DNA of 63,939 nucleotides, the filler included, from Choristocarpus tenellus KU-1152 (taxonomy: Eukaryota > Protista > Phaeophyceae), in assembly GCA_964200185.2 (NCBI GenBank). It is 13 parts of 13 records of this genome, joined end to end, with 100 filler letters (N's around TTAATTAATTAA, not from the genome) between each part and the next. Parts side by side here need not be neighbours in the genome. Positions count along the whole stretch, not along the records: positions 42,127 to 54,968 come from CAXNAD020001690.1; positions 55,069 to 60,330 come from CAXNAD020011324.1; positions 60,431 to 63,939 come from CAXNAD020019550.1; 10 more parts are not named here. The stretch is one strand, 5' to 3'. The notes below the pieces were generated by a model that was not told the origin of the DNA, made no database searches, and was given only the letters and a program-made list of their open reading frames with translations. Below are positions 50,780 to 63,939 of this stretch, piece after piece (position 1 is the first letter of the stretch; each line of letters opens with the position of its first letter). Made by a program: the position numbers and the translations under genes.

Positions 50780-52400
50780 ATAATCTTGACACACTCCCTT
50801 GCTCTGACTATGCAATGAGAATCAAATCCGTCCAACAATAAAAACCCAACTTGAAATCAACTCAACCAGCACACTTCAAATCTTAATCCTACACATGGAC
50901 AAGTAAACTCTTGACACACTCCCCTGCTCTGCCCATTCATCATAAATCCAACGAACTCAATCTGCACACTACCCCTTACTCACAGTGCATGATAATTCTA
51001 GTGTGAAACTCAAACACATTACCACTCAAAGACTTGGTGAACAAATCTCCATGTTGTTCACCGGAGTTTACATAGACAATCTCTGCCTTCCCCTCTTTCA
51101 CCAGGTTTCTAACATAATGATATCTGATATCTATATGTTTTGTCCTACCCCCTGAAGCTGTCTTCTCAGCCAACTTGATTGCTCCACTATTGTCTTCAAA
51201 CAATCGTATACAATACTCGTGCACAATTGGCTCCAAAAAATATTGTACTTGTTGCAAGAATATAATCTCTTTGGCCAAATCACATAACGATACATACTCG
51301 GCCTCAGTGGGGTAGACAAAGCAACAGTTTTCTGCATTTTTGACCACAAGCTCACACATGCACCCCCAAACATTACCACGCCACCAGATACTGAAGATAT
51401 TGAAATCACACAATTTGCGTAATCAGCATCAGCATAGCCGATGAGTTGGTCCCTGGGTGCAATCCCGTAAAAACTGAAATCACCATAGGTCAATCCTCTA
51501 CTGCGTGTCCTCAACAAATACCCAATAACTCTCTCAGCCCCCTTCCAATCCGTCACCGTAGGGTTTACAAATTTCATTGCTAGGCTCCTTACTGCAGATG
51601 ATACATCGGGTCTGGTCATAATGGATGCCCACATCAAGCTCCCAACCATTGCACGATAACCGTCTCTCACTGGTCCTTCCTCCACAAACTCTTAGGTTGC
51701 AACAGCAGGAAGGTCACAGCCAGTTGTGATCCCACATTTAGCCACCAAGTTTTCAACATATACCTGCTAGTCTATGGAAACAGTCCCTAGTCTACAATCC
51801 CTGTTTATGCGGCATCCCATAAACTGCCCCTTCTCCCCAAGGTACTCCACTGGGAACTTCTTGTTCAGTCCCTGAACTATACTCAAAGCATGTTTAGACC
51901 CCTTGCTTGCCATAAGCATTTCATCTACATGAATGAGCATGATTAATACCAGTTCCCCATCCAATATCCATCAAAATACACAAAGATCAGCCTCACATCG
52001 CTCCAGTCCCAGCTCCAATAATGACGTCACAAGCAAAGCATTCCAATTCCGTGATGCTTGTACAATCCCATACAGCGATTTCTGTAGCTTCCCAACTGCC
52101 CCATCAAATTCAGCCACCACCCCTTCTGGCAGCTCCACATACAAGTCTTCCTCCAAGTCTGCATTAGTGAAAGAAAGCCCTCACTGCATCTGCCATATTC
52201 AGGTTCCATCCCAACACCGTGCTGTCAAAGTCAGAATCATCCACAGGCTTGACATTTGTGCTGTTGGTGCGAATTTTTCATGCCAGTCAATTCCCGGCTG
52301 TTGTCGAAATCCTTAAACCACCAGTCTAGCCTTCCACCGCTCCACCAAACCTACTACATTCACCTTCCTCGAAAAAATGAAGTTCATTTTTAAGACATTT
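50780..52400 (-). mobile_element. Ty1/Copia RT-RNase H relic with polypurine tract
   Basis: RWKARLVV, LQKSLYGIVQASRNW, LIHVDEML, YRAMVGSLMWASIMTRPDV, GYADADYA, FEDNSGAI..RTKHIDIRYH; GGGAGTGTGTCAAG downstream. Confidence 0.93.
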
Positions 52401-55068
52401 GCATCAGTTGGTCTGAGAACCTGGCTTGCCTTCATTGTTGCACCCCAAAATTGCATGATTGTGAGCAGTGGAACCTCTTCAAGAACCTACAGGTAAGACT
52501 ACTGCAAAAGTACTTGAACAAAAGCGCTCGTTTTTTCCAATTTTTTTCAATTAATTACATACAGATGTAGGAGGTAGAGGGTACGTTATGTCAGTCGATC
52601 GATCAATCAGTAAAGTAAGAAGGGAGGGGGGGACGGTACGGTATGAACACAGTTATGACAGTTACAAATATCTACCGTTTCTGTCTAGCGATAGCTACTG
52701 ACGGTACCATTAATACTCACAAAACATAAATACATGAGACCTGGATCAGAGTATTGTGTCGAATTATTGGAAAGTTGAGAGGCACGTGGTTCCTGTGTCA
52801 GCTCAGGCATGGTTAGCCCAAATGCCCTAGTTACTGCTACCACTGCTATCATCCTGACCACATTACCTTGGATTTCGACAAAAAAACCCACATAGCAGAC
52901 CATACTCCTTGTTGTCCCTCCTCTGACCTTTCCTTCTGTTTCTATTGCCCAGATCCCTTGACAAAAAGGTTCTTAGAAGTAACTCGGTCAGGTTTGAACT
53001 CATCAACCACAATCCTAAGCACTGCAGCTAAGATGTTGAGGAATATTGTTATTGTTATTGTTATTTTGTTATTTTTTTTATGTGGTAAAGGGGACTCCAT
53101 ATGTTGACGCCTTACAAATGTTTCAATCAATACATTTACAGGGTCGTCATTCATACAAAACACATTCACTATAGACAATGTGGTGTGGTCAGCAGGAATG
53201 AAAACAACAGTGGAAACCTACTCCCTTTCTCCACAGCACCAACATATCCTACTAGAAAGAAAAACTCTCTTCCAGCTCACTGGCTGTGTATGGACCATTG
53301 CATACTCAGAAGACTTCCAACTATATCTTCTCAAAATCTCTAAGGATCAATACACATGATACAGCAGCAGAAAGTGAAGCCCCAAGAACAAGGAAGTTAG
53401 GAATGGTAACCCCAGCAACGAATAGAAAAGCACCATAACTGAAGTATTCATCTGGGATAATAATAATTAAAGACTGATAAGTGCTGTGGTGCGACTCTCA
53501 ACTGACCAAAGATTCCAACTGAGGCTGCTGCAAGTTTGCATTCAACTACAAGTCACTCACTCATTAAATAAAGAAATCAAATATAAAAGAAAAATCTATT
53601 CATGCCCTATAGTGATTCTACTCCATACATATTCAAATGTGGTCGTCTCATTGAATAAACTTCACTCCACATAGGTCAACCCCCCTAACCCTTTCCTATA
53701 CACTGTCAAAGCAAAAACACAAGTACCTAACTGAAACTTGCACCTCAGCCGAGATTTTCAGGAAGCGAGATACGAGTTCCCATACATCATACCTATTGAA
53801 TCAACATCATTGTATGTGTATGTATAGACAAGCAAAACATTGCACCATTGCACCATACTGTTCCAGACGTCTTGAACGTACTCCCAACACATCAAAAGAA
53901 AAAAATTAATAGATGCCATCAAAATTATGATAATGGTCGCCTCCACTCCATGATGCTTTCCTTCCTCTTGTGTACATCCTGGTCCATATTTATCACCTCT
54001 ACAGATTGTCTTCCCATTGGTCATAGATCACAGCAGTTCATTTGTCCCCTCAAACTACCCTCGCACTGCATTCCACCGTAGGTGAAAATAGCCCCACCAT
54101 GTACACAACACAAAGCCTCAAGAAAAAAAAAAGAAAACCCCAGCGATCACTGGGCACATTTATCATACACAGGTCCCCCCAAACCAATTATCAGCCAAGG
54201 GCACGCTTCTTGAGTAACCGACTACTCCAAGGCTCCTCTCTAAGAAAAAAAAAAAAGTGTGCCTATTTTAAAAAATCAACAACTGCAGGGGCAACTGCTT
54301 TGAACACAGCGGGAGAACATCTACTTTTCATATTGCTCACGTTTTCAAAGGTCAAGAGGGGTGAGGAAACACTTCAGGGACTGTTGAGACAGAAATGAAC
54401 AAAGACCAGTAGCCCAGGACCAAGAGCAATACCCATACCAATGCCATGCAGACTGTAGTCAGCACCAATGCCAGCGCAGCGCACAGGGAGGAACATGAGG
54501 TACAGGAGGACAACAGAGAGAGTTGCAATTGTTCAGTTGAGAGTCGGCGATTACATATAACCTGGGTGGCGCTTGGGGGCATGCCAAAAACGCTGGAGAT
54601 TTTCTTGCCATTTTCTCATACATTCTGACACATTTTGTTTTGTTTGGACACACTCAAAAAACGATGACGTTTCGTTTCATAAAACACACACACGCCCCAA
54701 AAAGGAAATTTCTTACATGAAAAAAACTTGTAAAAAAAGTTTTACTTAAAAGGTTCACAATTTACTCTGTGCACTAAAAAGGTTGAAAAAAAAAGAAACG
54801 GTCCTTAGGAGATGAGCTTAAGCCTTGAAATCCTACGGGAATGTTCACACACAACAGGAGGGAAGGAGGGCCTACCGAACAGCTTCACCAGGGGTCAATT
54901 TATCTGGGGGGGGGGGGGGGGGGGGGGGGGGGGGTGTTGGTCGGCGGCGGGGGGGGGGGGGGGGGGGGNNNNNNNNNNNNNNNNNNNNNNNNNNNNNNNN
55001 NNNNNNNNNNNNTTAATTAATTAANNNNNNNNNNNNNNNNNNNNNNNNNNNNNNNNNNNNNNNNNNNN

Positions 55069-55880
55069 GTACACACCTTGACCATCTGACATAAAATGAC
55101 TTCTTGTCCACATGCACCCAGTCATAGATCGTCTACTAATACCCCACTTCCCCCCTCCTGTGTGTGTGGCTGATGACGAAACGCACCCTGTTGACTTTGT
55201 GCCGGTCTGAGAGGACTGGCTTAATCCACTGCTTTACCTTCTTCACCTTCTCGCACTTGCACATATCCCACAACGAGGCAAAAGGGAGACCCCAGCTTGG
55301 CTGCCCATTTGATGTGTGGTGTATCAGAGGGACATCGCAAACATCCACAATACTTGTACGACCACATCGCCCCTTGTGACTCCATACAAGGTACATTCAT
55401 TCACCCTATGCAATCTTGCTGTATTAGTCCTTTAGATGATGAAAGATGGTGATTCAGGAAATTCCAAGGTCCACTGCAATGGCTGCCACTGTCCCCCAAG
55501 GCATCCGAGTCTTGTGCCCTCTTGTCCCCAGGCATCACGCCACCATGCTGTTCTTTGTCGGGGTGTTTGAGTCCTGATGCTGGACAGAATTCTGGACCAA
55601 AGAATTGAGACCGACCGCCGACGATGAAATGAGTGAGTCGTTCGGGCGGCCTTCGTCCTAGGCATCCCAATACGCACCCGCTTTGAATGTTTCACGAGTT
55701 TTTTTTTTAACCCCATCAAATGTGACTCGGTCGACTTTGCACTGGTGATCTTCCACAGTCATGGCAGCCCACCCTCTCAAACTTTGCAAGTCTTCCAATC
55801 TATCTATATGAGAACTTTGCCTCATCCAGAGGGTTTATCACGTGGGTCGTTCCTGGGCAAGAATGGAGCTTGCAATAGCT
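55069..55880 (-). mobile_element. Mariner transposase relic (5' half)
   Basis: Collinear with 49450-50270; KPVLSDRHKVNRVRFVISH, DWVHVDKK. Confidence 0.88.
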
Positions 55881-56805
55881 TTACTGCATTTTATTCCCAA
55901 CGGAGGAAGTACTCAGTAGTATGATACAAATGCTCCACCTTCAATTTCATCAACGAGCTGTCGGGTGAATGCTCCAATCCCTCAGCTGTTAAGCTTGGGA
56001 ATTGGTGTGTACCATGGGAAAGCTCATTGGGCCTACAAGCAGATGTTACCCTGGGAAAGCTCAGCTTTCGTTCATGTTCCACAACTACAATATCAAGAGC
56101 CCACATGCTTCCTGGTGAAGGAACCACGGATATTACAAGCATTACAAGCAGGACACACCATACTCCAAACTTGTCAAAGGACCAACACTACCTACCCTGA
56201 GAGGCTACAGTAGCAGCAGCAGACCAATGCAAGAGATGTAAGCCCTCCATGTAGTAACATATTTGACTGTTTCATCAGCCTCATAATCTAAAAGCATTGT
56301 AGTGCCAAATTAGGTGTCAATAGGATGGGTAGGAAGACAGGAAACGTTACTCATACATGCAAGGAGTGAACATGGCATGCCAAATACCTAGAACTTCAAG
56401 TGCGATCAAATGTACACTAATCTGTCACTTTTTCGGCAGGTTGTTTGCAGTTCAAATGGTGGCGGTGAATCCTGGCAGTAATTTGGCCAAGTTATTGAAA
56501 TGAGGAGGAAGTCAATCTTGCACACAAGTCACTGCTCGTCATGAAAAACTACTGCTTTAATGTAAAAATTCACAATTTGCTCGACAAACTTGCATTATTA
56601 GAGTTGACAAAGACCACAGGGGGAAGTATCAAGCACACACAACACACTTCAAACACTGTTCTTTGAACAAACATAGAGGTAGGTACATATACATGTAGGC
56701 AGCACCTTGTTGCTTGTTCATACACAAAAGCACAAAAGGTGCCAAACACAGGCAAGGCGGCAAGAAAAAGGCCCTCTATTCCCTCTCCTCTCTCCCCACC
56801 TCCCC

Positions 56806-57650
56806 TCATGTTGCAGCGGCTTCCTTGAAATCATAAAGGTTAATACTCTCAAGCCAACCCTTGTCCTCGGGGTTGAGCATGCGAGGAATCAGGTTCACTT
56901 TGGGGGACTTAGTGAACCAGAAATAATCAGCAAATGGCTTGCCAGCATAGAGATCATCTGCATATTCAAGGGCCAACCTAAGGGATGTTGTCATGGAGAA
57001 AGAGTCCACCGAGGTGGGGTTGAGCATTACAGTCTTCACGGATATGGCTCCCCCAAGGTTCTCTGCAATCCTGGGGGGGAGGGGAGATAGACAGGGGGTG
57101 TTGGAAGGGGTAGGGATCGTGTCAGAGATGATTTTTTTTTCTGCTACAGGGGCTTGACTACAATGGGAGGTGTGTACAGAAATTGGTAATCACTCTGTTC
57201 AACCCCCAGGTTACACGATGTACAATGATACTACCCATGGTAGGGGCCAAATACATTGTTATCGATTCCTATTTTACCCTCAATAGCTTCAGCAAGGACA
57301 CATGAGCATTAGAGGGAGAGGCGATCCTTATTTAGTGAGAGAAAGGGAATTCAGGCTAAAGGTTGCATAAAGTCTTCTACTTTATCTTGATCCTAGCTAA
57401 CCTGGCTAACAGAAACAGATACGCTAACAATCTAGCCAAATACTAGTTTATACAAACAGGAATTGTACTCAAATACACAATTCCCCACAACAACAGTTCA
57501 GAACGTATACACTGACTTCCCTCTTATCACCCAAGCACAAGGAGCTCACCTCTCTGCTCTAGCTGATGCCCCAAAACCGTACTTCACATGATCCTCACGC
57601 TGAAGCACCAGGAGAGGAGTGCTGTTGTTCTCAGTGAAGTATGAAACGGC
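56806..57650 (-). CDS. Last two exons of an unidentified gene (57650-57550, 57070-56806)
   Basis: Clean GT-AG, phase-matched: AVSYFTENNSTPLLVLQREDHVKYGFGASARAER|IAENLGGAISVKTVMLNPTSVDS...KPFADYFWFTKSPKVNLIPRML...*. Confidence 0.6.
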
Positions 57651-58599
57651 CTATCAACATGCATACAGAGCAGTTAGTGAGGAACACGGAACATATCTGT
57701 GTCAGTCGGGTGTGTTGACAGTGGGTGTGGAGTGGTGATGCTGATTGGTGCTATATGACAGGATGGAAATTTTCATTCTTGTGGGCATTTTCCTACTCTC
57801 TCTACAGGCCTCAGTTGCTATCCACAACACATTTCACCTAATTCAAAGCATAGCACCAATCTGTCCATCCCCATTTCTATCTCCTCTTATGCATCATACA
57901 CTGTCACAACAGTGTCACCCCAAAGAATTTCAGGTTAGTATTAAGAGTAGTAAAAAAATGGAGTAGTTAACGCTCTATATTGGCTCAATGCGACAAATAG
58001 TGCATTACATTGATCTAAATGCTTCTCTTCATAAAATGCCCCTTACCCTCTCCAACTTGGCATGAATTGACGCTAACAATAACATGGCTTAAAAATGATC
58101 CAATTTTTTTTAGTAACTTGATCCAATTGACAGCACACAAGGCCAAGGTCCCCTGGCTGGTGAGGGGCCCAGCCAGAGGAACGATAGCTTTATTGATGTC
58201 ATAACAATCCTTCTGGAACAACAACTAACAACAAGGATCTACATGTTAGATTACTAGCACAATGAATGCCAACTCCAGAAAACATCATTTTTCCTGCACA
58301 CTGCTGCTGCCCCTGGATTTTTCCAGCCTTCAGGTGACAGATGCGTGGTTGGCATTCTCGGGAGTCTCCCATGCATCCAACCTCAGGCAGATGAACACGC
58401 CACCACATCTGAGTCGCTCTGTGGCAACCTGTAGCCTCTCAAGTGGGCTTCTGTTCTTGCAGGGTATGGACCCTGCCTCGTCCGATATCGTCCTATGTGT
58501 GTATGCTCTATGTAGATGGATGGTCCATGCAACATAATTTTTGGATAAACTGACCTCCGCAGGAGTCGAAGTGGGCGAGAAAGGGCGGGGCTGAGTTCA

Positions 58600-59300
58600 A
58601 GGCCTCCTCTTAACTTTGTATTGGTTAGCCTTGCCAAAACACAGCAGACCACTTTGGCCATGCATGGAAGGACGAAGCCCTTTCTTGCCAATAATTGAGC
58701 AGGCATTGAAGCCGCCTCTCCCATCACCCATTTGAAGGCATGCCACCATTTTGAAGGGATCAACTTCCTCCCATGCTGACTGCTCCATGTGTTCCCTTAG
58801 TGTGACTTCCACTACCTTTTCAACAACAGCAGCAACTGAACTTCCACCATGATGCTCAAGGGAAGCTCTAGTGAAGCTGAACCTCTCAGCACAGGCAGTA
58901 TCTACCCTGTGCTGTAACATACCAGCTGGGGTTTACCATGTCCTGTCTTGATTGCTCCACCTCCAGGATGTCAACCACTTCCATCTCTACAAACCTCCAA
59001 CTTACACTATGCTCCTCTCTTGAAAAGCCACTAAAAATGTTGGTCCAATGGTCCAAACAGGTGGCCAGCACTTGCTTCTGGTTGTCTTGTACACATTGAC
59101 CTGCCTACACAAACCCTCAGAACAACAAGTGGTATTGAACCCAGTGCCAAAGTGGCTGCAAAATCCTCCGTAACATCTCATGCACACAGCAGCACAGCCT
59201 TATCTGGTGCCCCATCATGTAACTCCATCTGAATGTTGGCACAGGCAAAGTCACCATTCTCTACACGGATAGATGTAACATTAACCCACAATGATTCGTC
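58600..59300 (-). mobile_element. Possible MULE transposase C-terminal relic
   Basis: HRVDTACAERF..RASLEH (degenerate SWIM) then GRGGFNACSIIGKKGLRPS (degenerate zinc knuckle). Confidence 0.35.
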
Positions 59301-60430
59301 GCAACAACCTATAGACCTCTCACAAAAACACCAAACTGGAGACTTCTAATCGACGGGTCTCATCTTTTCCAACTCTTTATTCTTTCTTCCTTCGTTGTCC
59401 AGCTTGTGAGCTGGACATCCTCAGGCTCTGTTTTTATTCACCTCCTTTCCACCATCCAGTTGGTCTCGATCATAATCCACAAGTGGCAGGACATACTCAA
59501 TGGATAGATTCTCAAATTTTTCAGACCCAAAGTCATCATAGGCGTCACGCAGATCCACAACCATGGATGGAGATATATAGTGAGCACTGAAGTGAGAGTA
59601 AAAGCGATACCTTGTGGTCAGAAGAGCCTTATGTATGTGGGGCTTCCTCCGGTCAAGATAAAACATTAAAGAACCAAAAAGAGGGTTGTTCCTATTCTCA
59701 ATACTATACATCCAATCTACTTTCAAGTACTGCAAATCTACCAATCAAACCCTAACCCCAGAACAGTCTTATTTAAACCTCTAGTTCTCACAAACACTAT
59801 GCCTTTGGAACTAAAACCCAAAGCAATCAACACAGCATACACCCATCCACTATATTCCAGGCACTTGGGACTACTAATATAACTGTACCCCATCAGCAGG
59901 CACAGAAATTTGTGCAGCTTGGTCCTTACAAAAACCATCCCTTTGAAAACATAATGGCCAAAATACATTATCACTACATTTCTCGCTCCCCACTTCAATG
60001 AACTCTATTCTATTCCATCTTCTTCCTCATATCCCCCTTAGATATTTCTCACCGCTGATGCCACTCCCTCATCTCCAAAAATGCGAGCAGAAAAGAAATT
60101 TGGTTTTGTTGGGGGTTTGTCTCCCAACTTATCCGCTTCCTTGAGCTCATCGTACTTGTCGAAAATCAACTTTTGGCCAGAAAAAAACAAAACAAAACAA
60201 AACACACACACACAATAGGGAACGAATAATTTTCATCAAGCAGAGGACAAAATGGTCAAAATAGTTTGGTTACATGGAGTCAAAAGATGGGGCAGGAGGG
60301 ATATCAACGAGGGTCAAAGTATCTGGGGGGNNNNNNNNNNNNNNNNNNNNNNNNNNNNNNNNNNNNNNNNNNNNTTAATTAATTAANNNNNNNNNNNNNN
60401 NNNNNNNNNNNNNNNNNNNNNNNNNNNNNN

Positions 60431-60776
60431 TTGGAGTATGTGAAAGGTGTAAGTTTTGAAAAGGTGGGTCTAGAACAAGGATATTGGCATCTGACCCAGA
60501 GATTCGGGGGGGGGGGGGAGGTGGTCTACACCAGGGTGTCCATTTGGACCAAAATCAGGAAAAGTACATTTTCATTATCCACCTGACGTATGCAACCAAA
60601 TCATGCAAAAATCGTGAAATGAAAACATCTGACCACAAATGGACAGCCGCCACCCCCCTCAGATACTTTTGAGCCATCTCCTAACAAACATGATATGCCA
60701 AAATTACATCAAAATTGCAACATTGGATTTTGTCCCCCAAATGGACACGGCTCTACCCTCTAAGATACATTGACTC
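60431..60776 (-). mobile_element. MITE family B interrupted by a nested MITE A (60493-60675, TSD ATCT)
   Basis: Family B sequence resumes directly after the duplicated ATCT. Confidence 0.88.
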
Positions 60777-60968
60777 TGCAATAGAGGATTTTTTAAATGG
60801 TTGCAACAAATGCGAGGAGGTATTAGGAAGAGAAGTGAGTCAGGTATCACGCTGATAGAAATCAGAGGGTTGATTGGTGAAGGTGGTGAGGTAGGGATCA
60901 AAATGAAACACGCAATGTCACAAATGTTTGGCGAACGAGTAGACTATGGAGTAGGTTGACGAGGTTGA

Positions 60969-61147
60969 GGCTCAACGTATCTGAGGGGGGGTGGCGGCTG
61001 TCCATTTGGGGCCAATTTTTTCATGTCGCGATTTTTGTGTGTTTTGGTTGCATACGGCGGATGGATAATACAAGTGCACCTTTCCTGGTTATGGACCAAA
61101 TGAACACCCTGGTATAGATCCCCTCCCCCCCACAGATACTTTGGGTC
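60969..61147 (+). mobile_element. MITE family A
   Basis: GGCTCAACGTATCT...AGATACTTTGGGTC; flanked by TGA/TGA. Confidence 0.88.
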
Positions 61148-61799
61148 TGATGTGCGTCTGGGGAGACCGCAAACTACGACATACAAAGAAGGCCGGTTTT
61201 ACACAAAACATGAAAAGCGCATGAGTCGTAATTTCGAGGGCTTTGCATATTTTCAACTCCTGTCGATTGACGGGAGTTGAAAATTAGAAAAAGGTGAGAT
61301 ACAATACTTGATAAAATTAAATATTTAGAGCAATCGGTCTCACGCAACCCCCCCTAGGCTGCGCCAGGTCCATCTCCGTCGTTCATGGACATATTGGACC
61401 CTGTCAATAAAACAACTATGCTGGTTTCTGCCCGGTTGTGTGCACTCCAAGCTCCAGCAAGCTCCTGCGATCGCGTGTTGGCCTTCCCCAGTCAATTCTA
61501 GTGCCGCACTCGATCCTATGGTCGGATCTCGAGAATTCAATTGAATTATAGACAGTTCAATCACAGGAACTGGTCCATGATAGCTTGTAAGGACTCCACC
61601 CCATGTTGGGGCTTACAGCTCTGTTATTTTAAGGGAGTGAGCATAGATCCAGTCAAGGATCACATATGCTCCAAATATCAAATAATGCAAACGCCTCAGT
61701 TATGTTAGGAAAAACCTCCATGCTGTGTCTACAGACAGTAACAAGAGTGAAAACAACAAGGGAATATTTTGGTCCTTATATTATCTGACCTCAACACTT

Positions 61800-62300
61800 T
61801 TTGGGATGAGCTAGGGATCTGTGGTTGGTGATATGTGGGTAGGGGGGTTCAGCAGGAAGGGAAGAATGAAGCCATGTCTATGTCGTGTCATGTCTGCAAT
61901 GACACAGATGTTGCATTTTTTGTTAACATGCGCTATACACTGTAGGAACTGTGCGGGTGGGCAAGGCAGACTTGACGAAGGAGGCATATTGAACCTCCCA
62001 TGAGTAGGTGGTGGCATGGTTTTAGAGCTATCAGAGTGAGGTTTTGAATGAAAAATTGAAACCTTTGGCTGGGTGTCCCTTGATGTGTTTGGCTTCTTGT
62101 CTGTCTGCCTGTTTGTCTCAGTCGATGTGTGATTTTTTGGAGTGGAGTTTCAAGATATTGACGATAGAGTGGTTGGTGTCGGCTTTGCTCAACGGAGATA
62201 AGACATCGTTGTCCAGTTCCTTTTATATGATGATATGGATATTTATGAAGGGAATAATCCAAGTGAGAGATCCCCAGCATGCTTGACGACTTTTGCATCA
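61800..62300 (-). mobile_element. Possible LINE ORF2 C-terminal relic
   Basis: FVKSALPTRT...CNIC...H pattern across frameshifts, like a C-terminal LINE zinc finger. Confidence 0.3.
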
Positions 62301-63900
62301 GGATTCCTGTACGTGCATCAGCGTCATCTTTGGGCTTGTGGACTGGAGCTATACATACCGTGGAAATAACCTATGGAGCGTGCCGTAGTATACACCGTAG
62401 CATACCTACGCACAATTCACACACACATACAATGTCCTTCGTACCATACCCCAAAAGTTTCAATGGTGCCAGAGACATACATATACACACACAGATTCTT
62501 TCCCCGTACATATAAAATCCAATAGCAAGCTGGGTCACACACACCATTACCATACCCACTAAGACACCTAGTGGTTCTATGGCAGACAGAGACACACGAC
62601 CCAGTTTAACATAATTTTCAACAATGGCACACCCACCTGCACAAACGTCCTTGTACAACACACACACACTCGTGAGATGTTGCAATTACATTTTTACAAG
62701 CACTAAATGAGTATGTGTCTCTATAAGCCAGCAACAAGAATTACACGCATACACACCTTTCTCCTTTAATATGCCCCGATCAACCGTGGCATTGAAGACA
62801 AGGTTTCGTTTCATCTACCTCCTTTGTTATTCTCCCACAACAAACCAAACAAACCGAAAACTATACGCTTCTTCCCTTTCCCACACACCTTGTCATCCTC
62901 ATTTGCCACATATTGACATTCTTCCTTCCGCATGGTTGTCCCTCTTGACCGAAAATGTTTTCGGACTTCACCACCTGTACCTCAATTCAACAAATAATTT
63001 CCCATGAGTTTCCTGGTTGTTCTTCTCTCCTTTCCTTTCATAACTTGATTTCTCTCTCCCTCGCTGGGCCCACGGAATGCTGGGGATGGAACATGGCGTT
63101 TTAGGAGTACACACCACACGACTCCCCGGTTCTTGTGGTAGTCGAACTCGCGACATTGATTTCGTATAAGTGACATACGGAATGCAGGGACACACACACT
63201 AACCACTACGACGTACAGAAGTTTCCTCTTCAAATTTATCTGTATACTTTCCGTATACTATCATGTCGCCATTTTCTTACACATTGAATAATAGATACCT
63301 CCATTTTATCTTACGGTTCTCTCTACGCATATGTGACCACCCCCAAATGTATTGAAATCGCTTAGTACACCATTCATCTCAATTTTCCTATATTGTGGTA
63401 CGGTGGTACCAGTAGCCTCACCCTCTGTGGCAATCTTGAATTGTTTCACCATAATAACTACACGAAAGATATTCAACAATATATATCAATGAAAGTGTAT
63501 GACAAGAGGGTTTGAAGGTTTGTATCCACGAATGTCTAGGCTTCGGGGAACGGGAGCTATGTCCCGCTCAAATAATGGAAAAACGCGGGGGAATATCTCC
63601 GATGCAATTTTGAGGGTCACGACTTCAAAACGGACAATAATGAAGTACTTGGCTGAACTCCTTGCAGAAAACTGGTCCGGGGTAGGTCGCTGCCCAACTT
63701 TGTCCAGTGTGTGGACACAGAAAAAAAAATCAAGATTTCCGGACATCATTTAAACGCCTTTTGTAGACTTTTCTATGAGGACACGCACGCGTGACTAACA
63801 CAGCAACATGAACACGACGGTGCGACAAGGAGAATCGCCAAGGCCACTCTGCCCCCTCAATCTACCCTCAGCACCTTCTCTGTCGAGAGGCGACGGAAAA

Positions 63901-63939
63901 GAGCCAAAGTATCTTAGAGGGTAGGGCCTCGTCCATTTG
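63901..63939 (+). mobile_element. MITE family B left end
   Basis: GAGCCAAAGTATCTTAGAGGGTAGGG...GTCCATTTG. Confidence 0.85.

Noticed and set aside
52685-54650. Several short ORFs and exon-like segments
   Set aside because: Could not build a phase-consistent model or recognise a motif
55169-55185. CTGATGACGAAAC minimal hammerhead-like motif
   Set aside because: No stem II; antisense of mariner coding sequence and not conserved in the copy near 49555
55890-56600. hAT relic suggested by LACHVHSLHV
   Set aside because: Single short motif in heavily stopped frames

Overview
Eukaryotic, intron-rich, repeat-laden genomic DNA. It is most consistent with a brown alga or other stramenopile (inference from TTAGGG tracts, gene and intron style and TE content; not proven). 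The window is not contiguous: it is 13 short contigs joined by 12 identical artificial 100-bp linkers (N44-TTAATTAATTAA-N44), so neighbourhood across linkers means nothing. Host gene fragments recovered by manual splicing: glutamine-dependent NAD+ synthetase (3 exons, -), a DDAH/amidinotransferase-family gene (4 exons, +), a PrsW-like membrane protease (-), a casein kinase II alpha-like kinase (last 3 exons, -), a divergent protein kinase with a PPPGF-repeat tail (+) and an unknown 2-exon 3' end (-). Mobile DNA: Ty3/Gypsy and Ty1/Copia relics, four mariner (DD39D-type motifs) fragments, clustered 3' ends of an RLE/CRE-type LINE, two relics of Naiad/Chlamys-type Penelope-like elements (one with an N-terminal GIY-YIG), MULE/hAT relics and two related MITE families with 4-bp TSDs. 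The most unusual locus is 23.8-29.6 kb: a degenerate tandem array followed by a spliced, CpG-rich gene for a ParB/Srx-like domain + HTH + PHD-like finger + possible degenerate DNA methyltransferase fold, which looks like cargo of an uncharacterised large mobile element. Three separate genes appear to use GC-AG introns.
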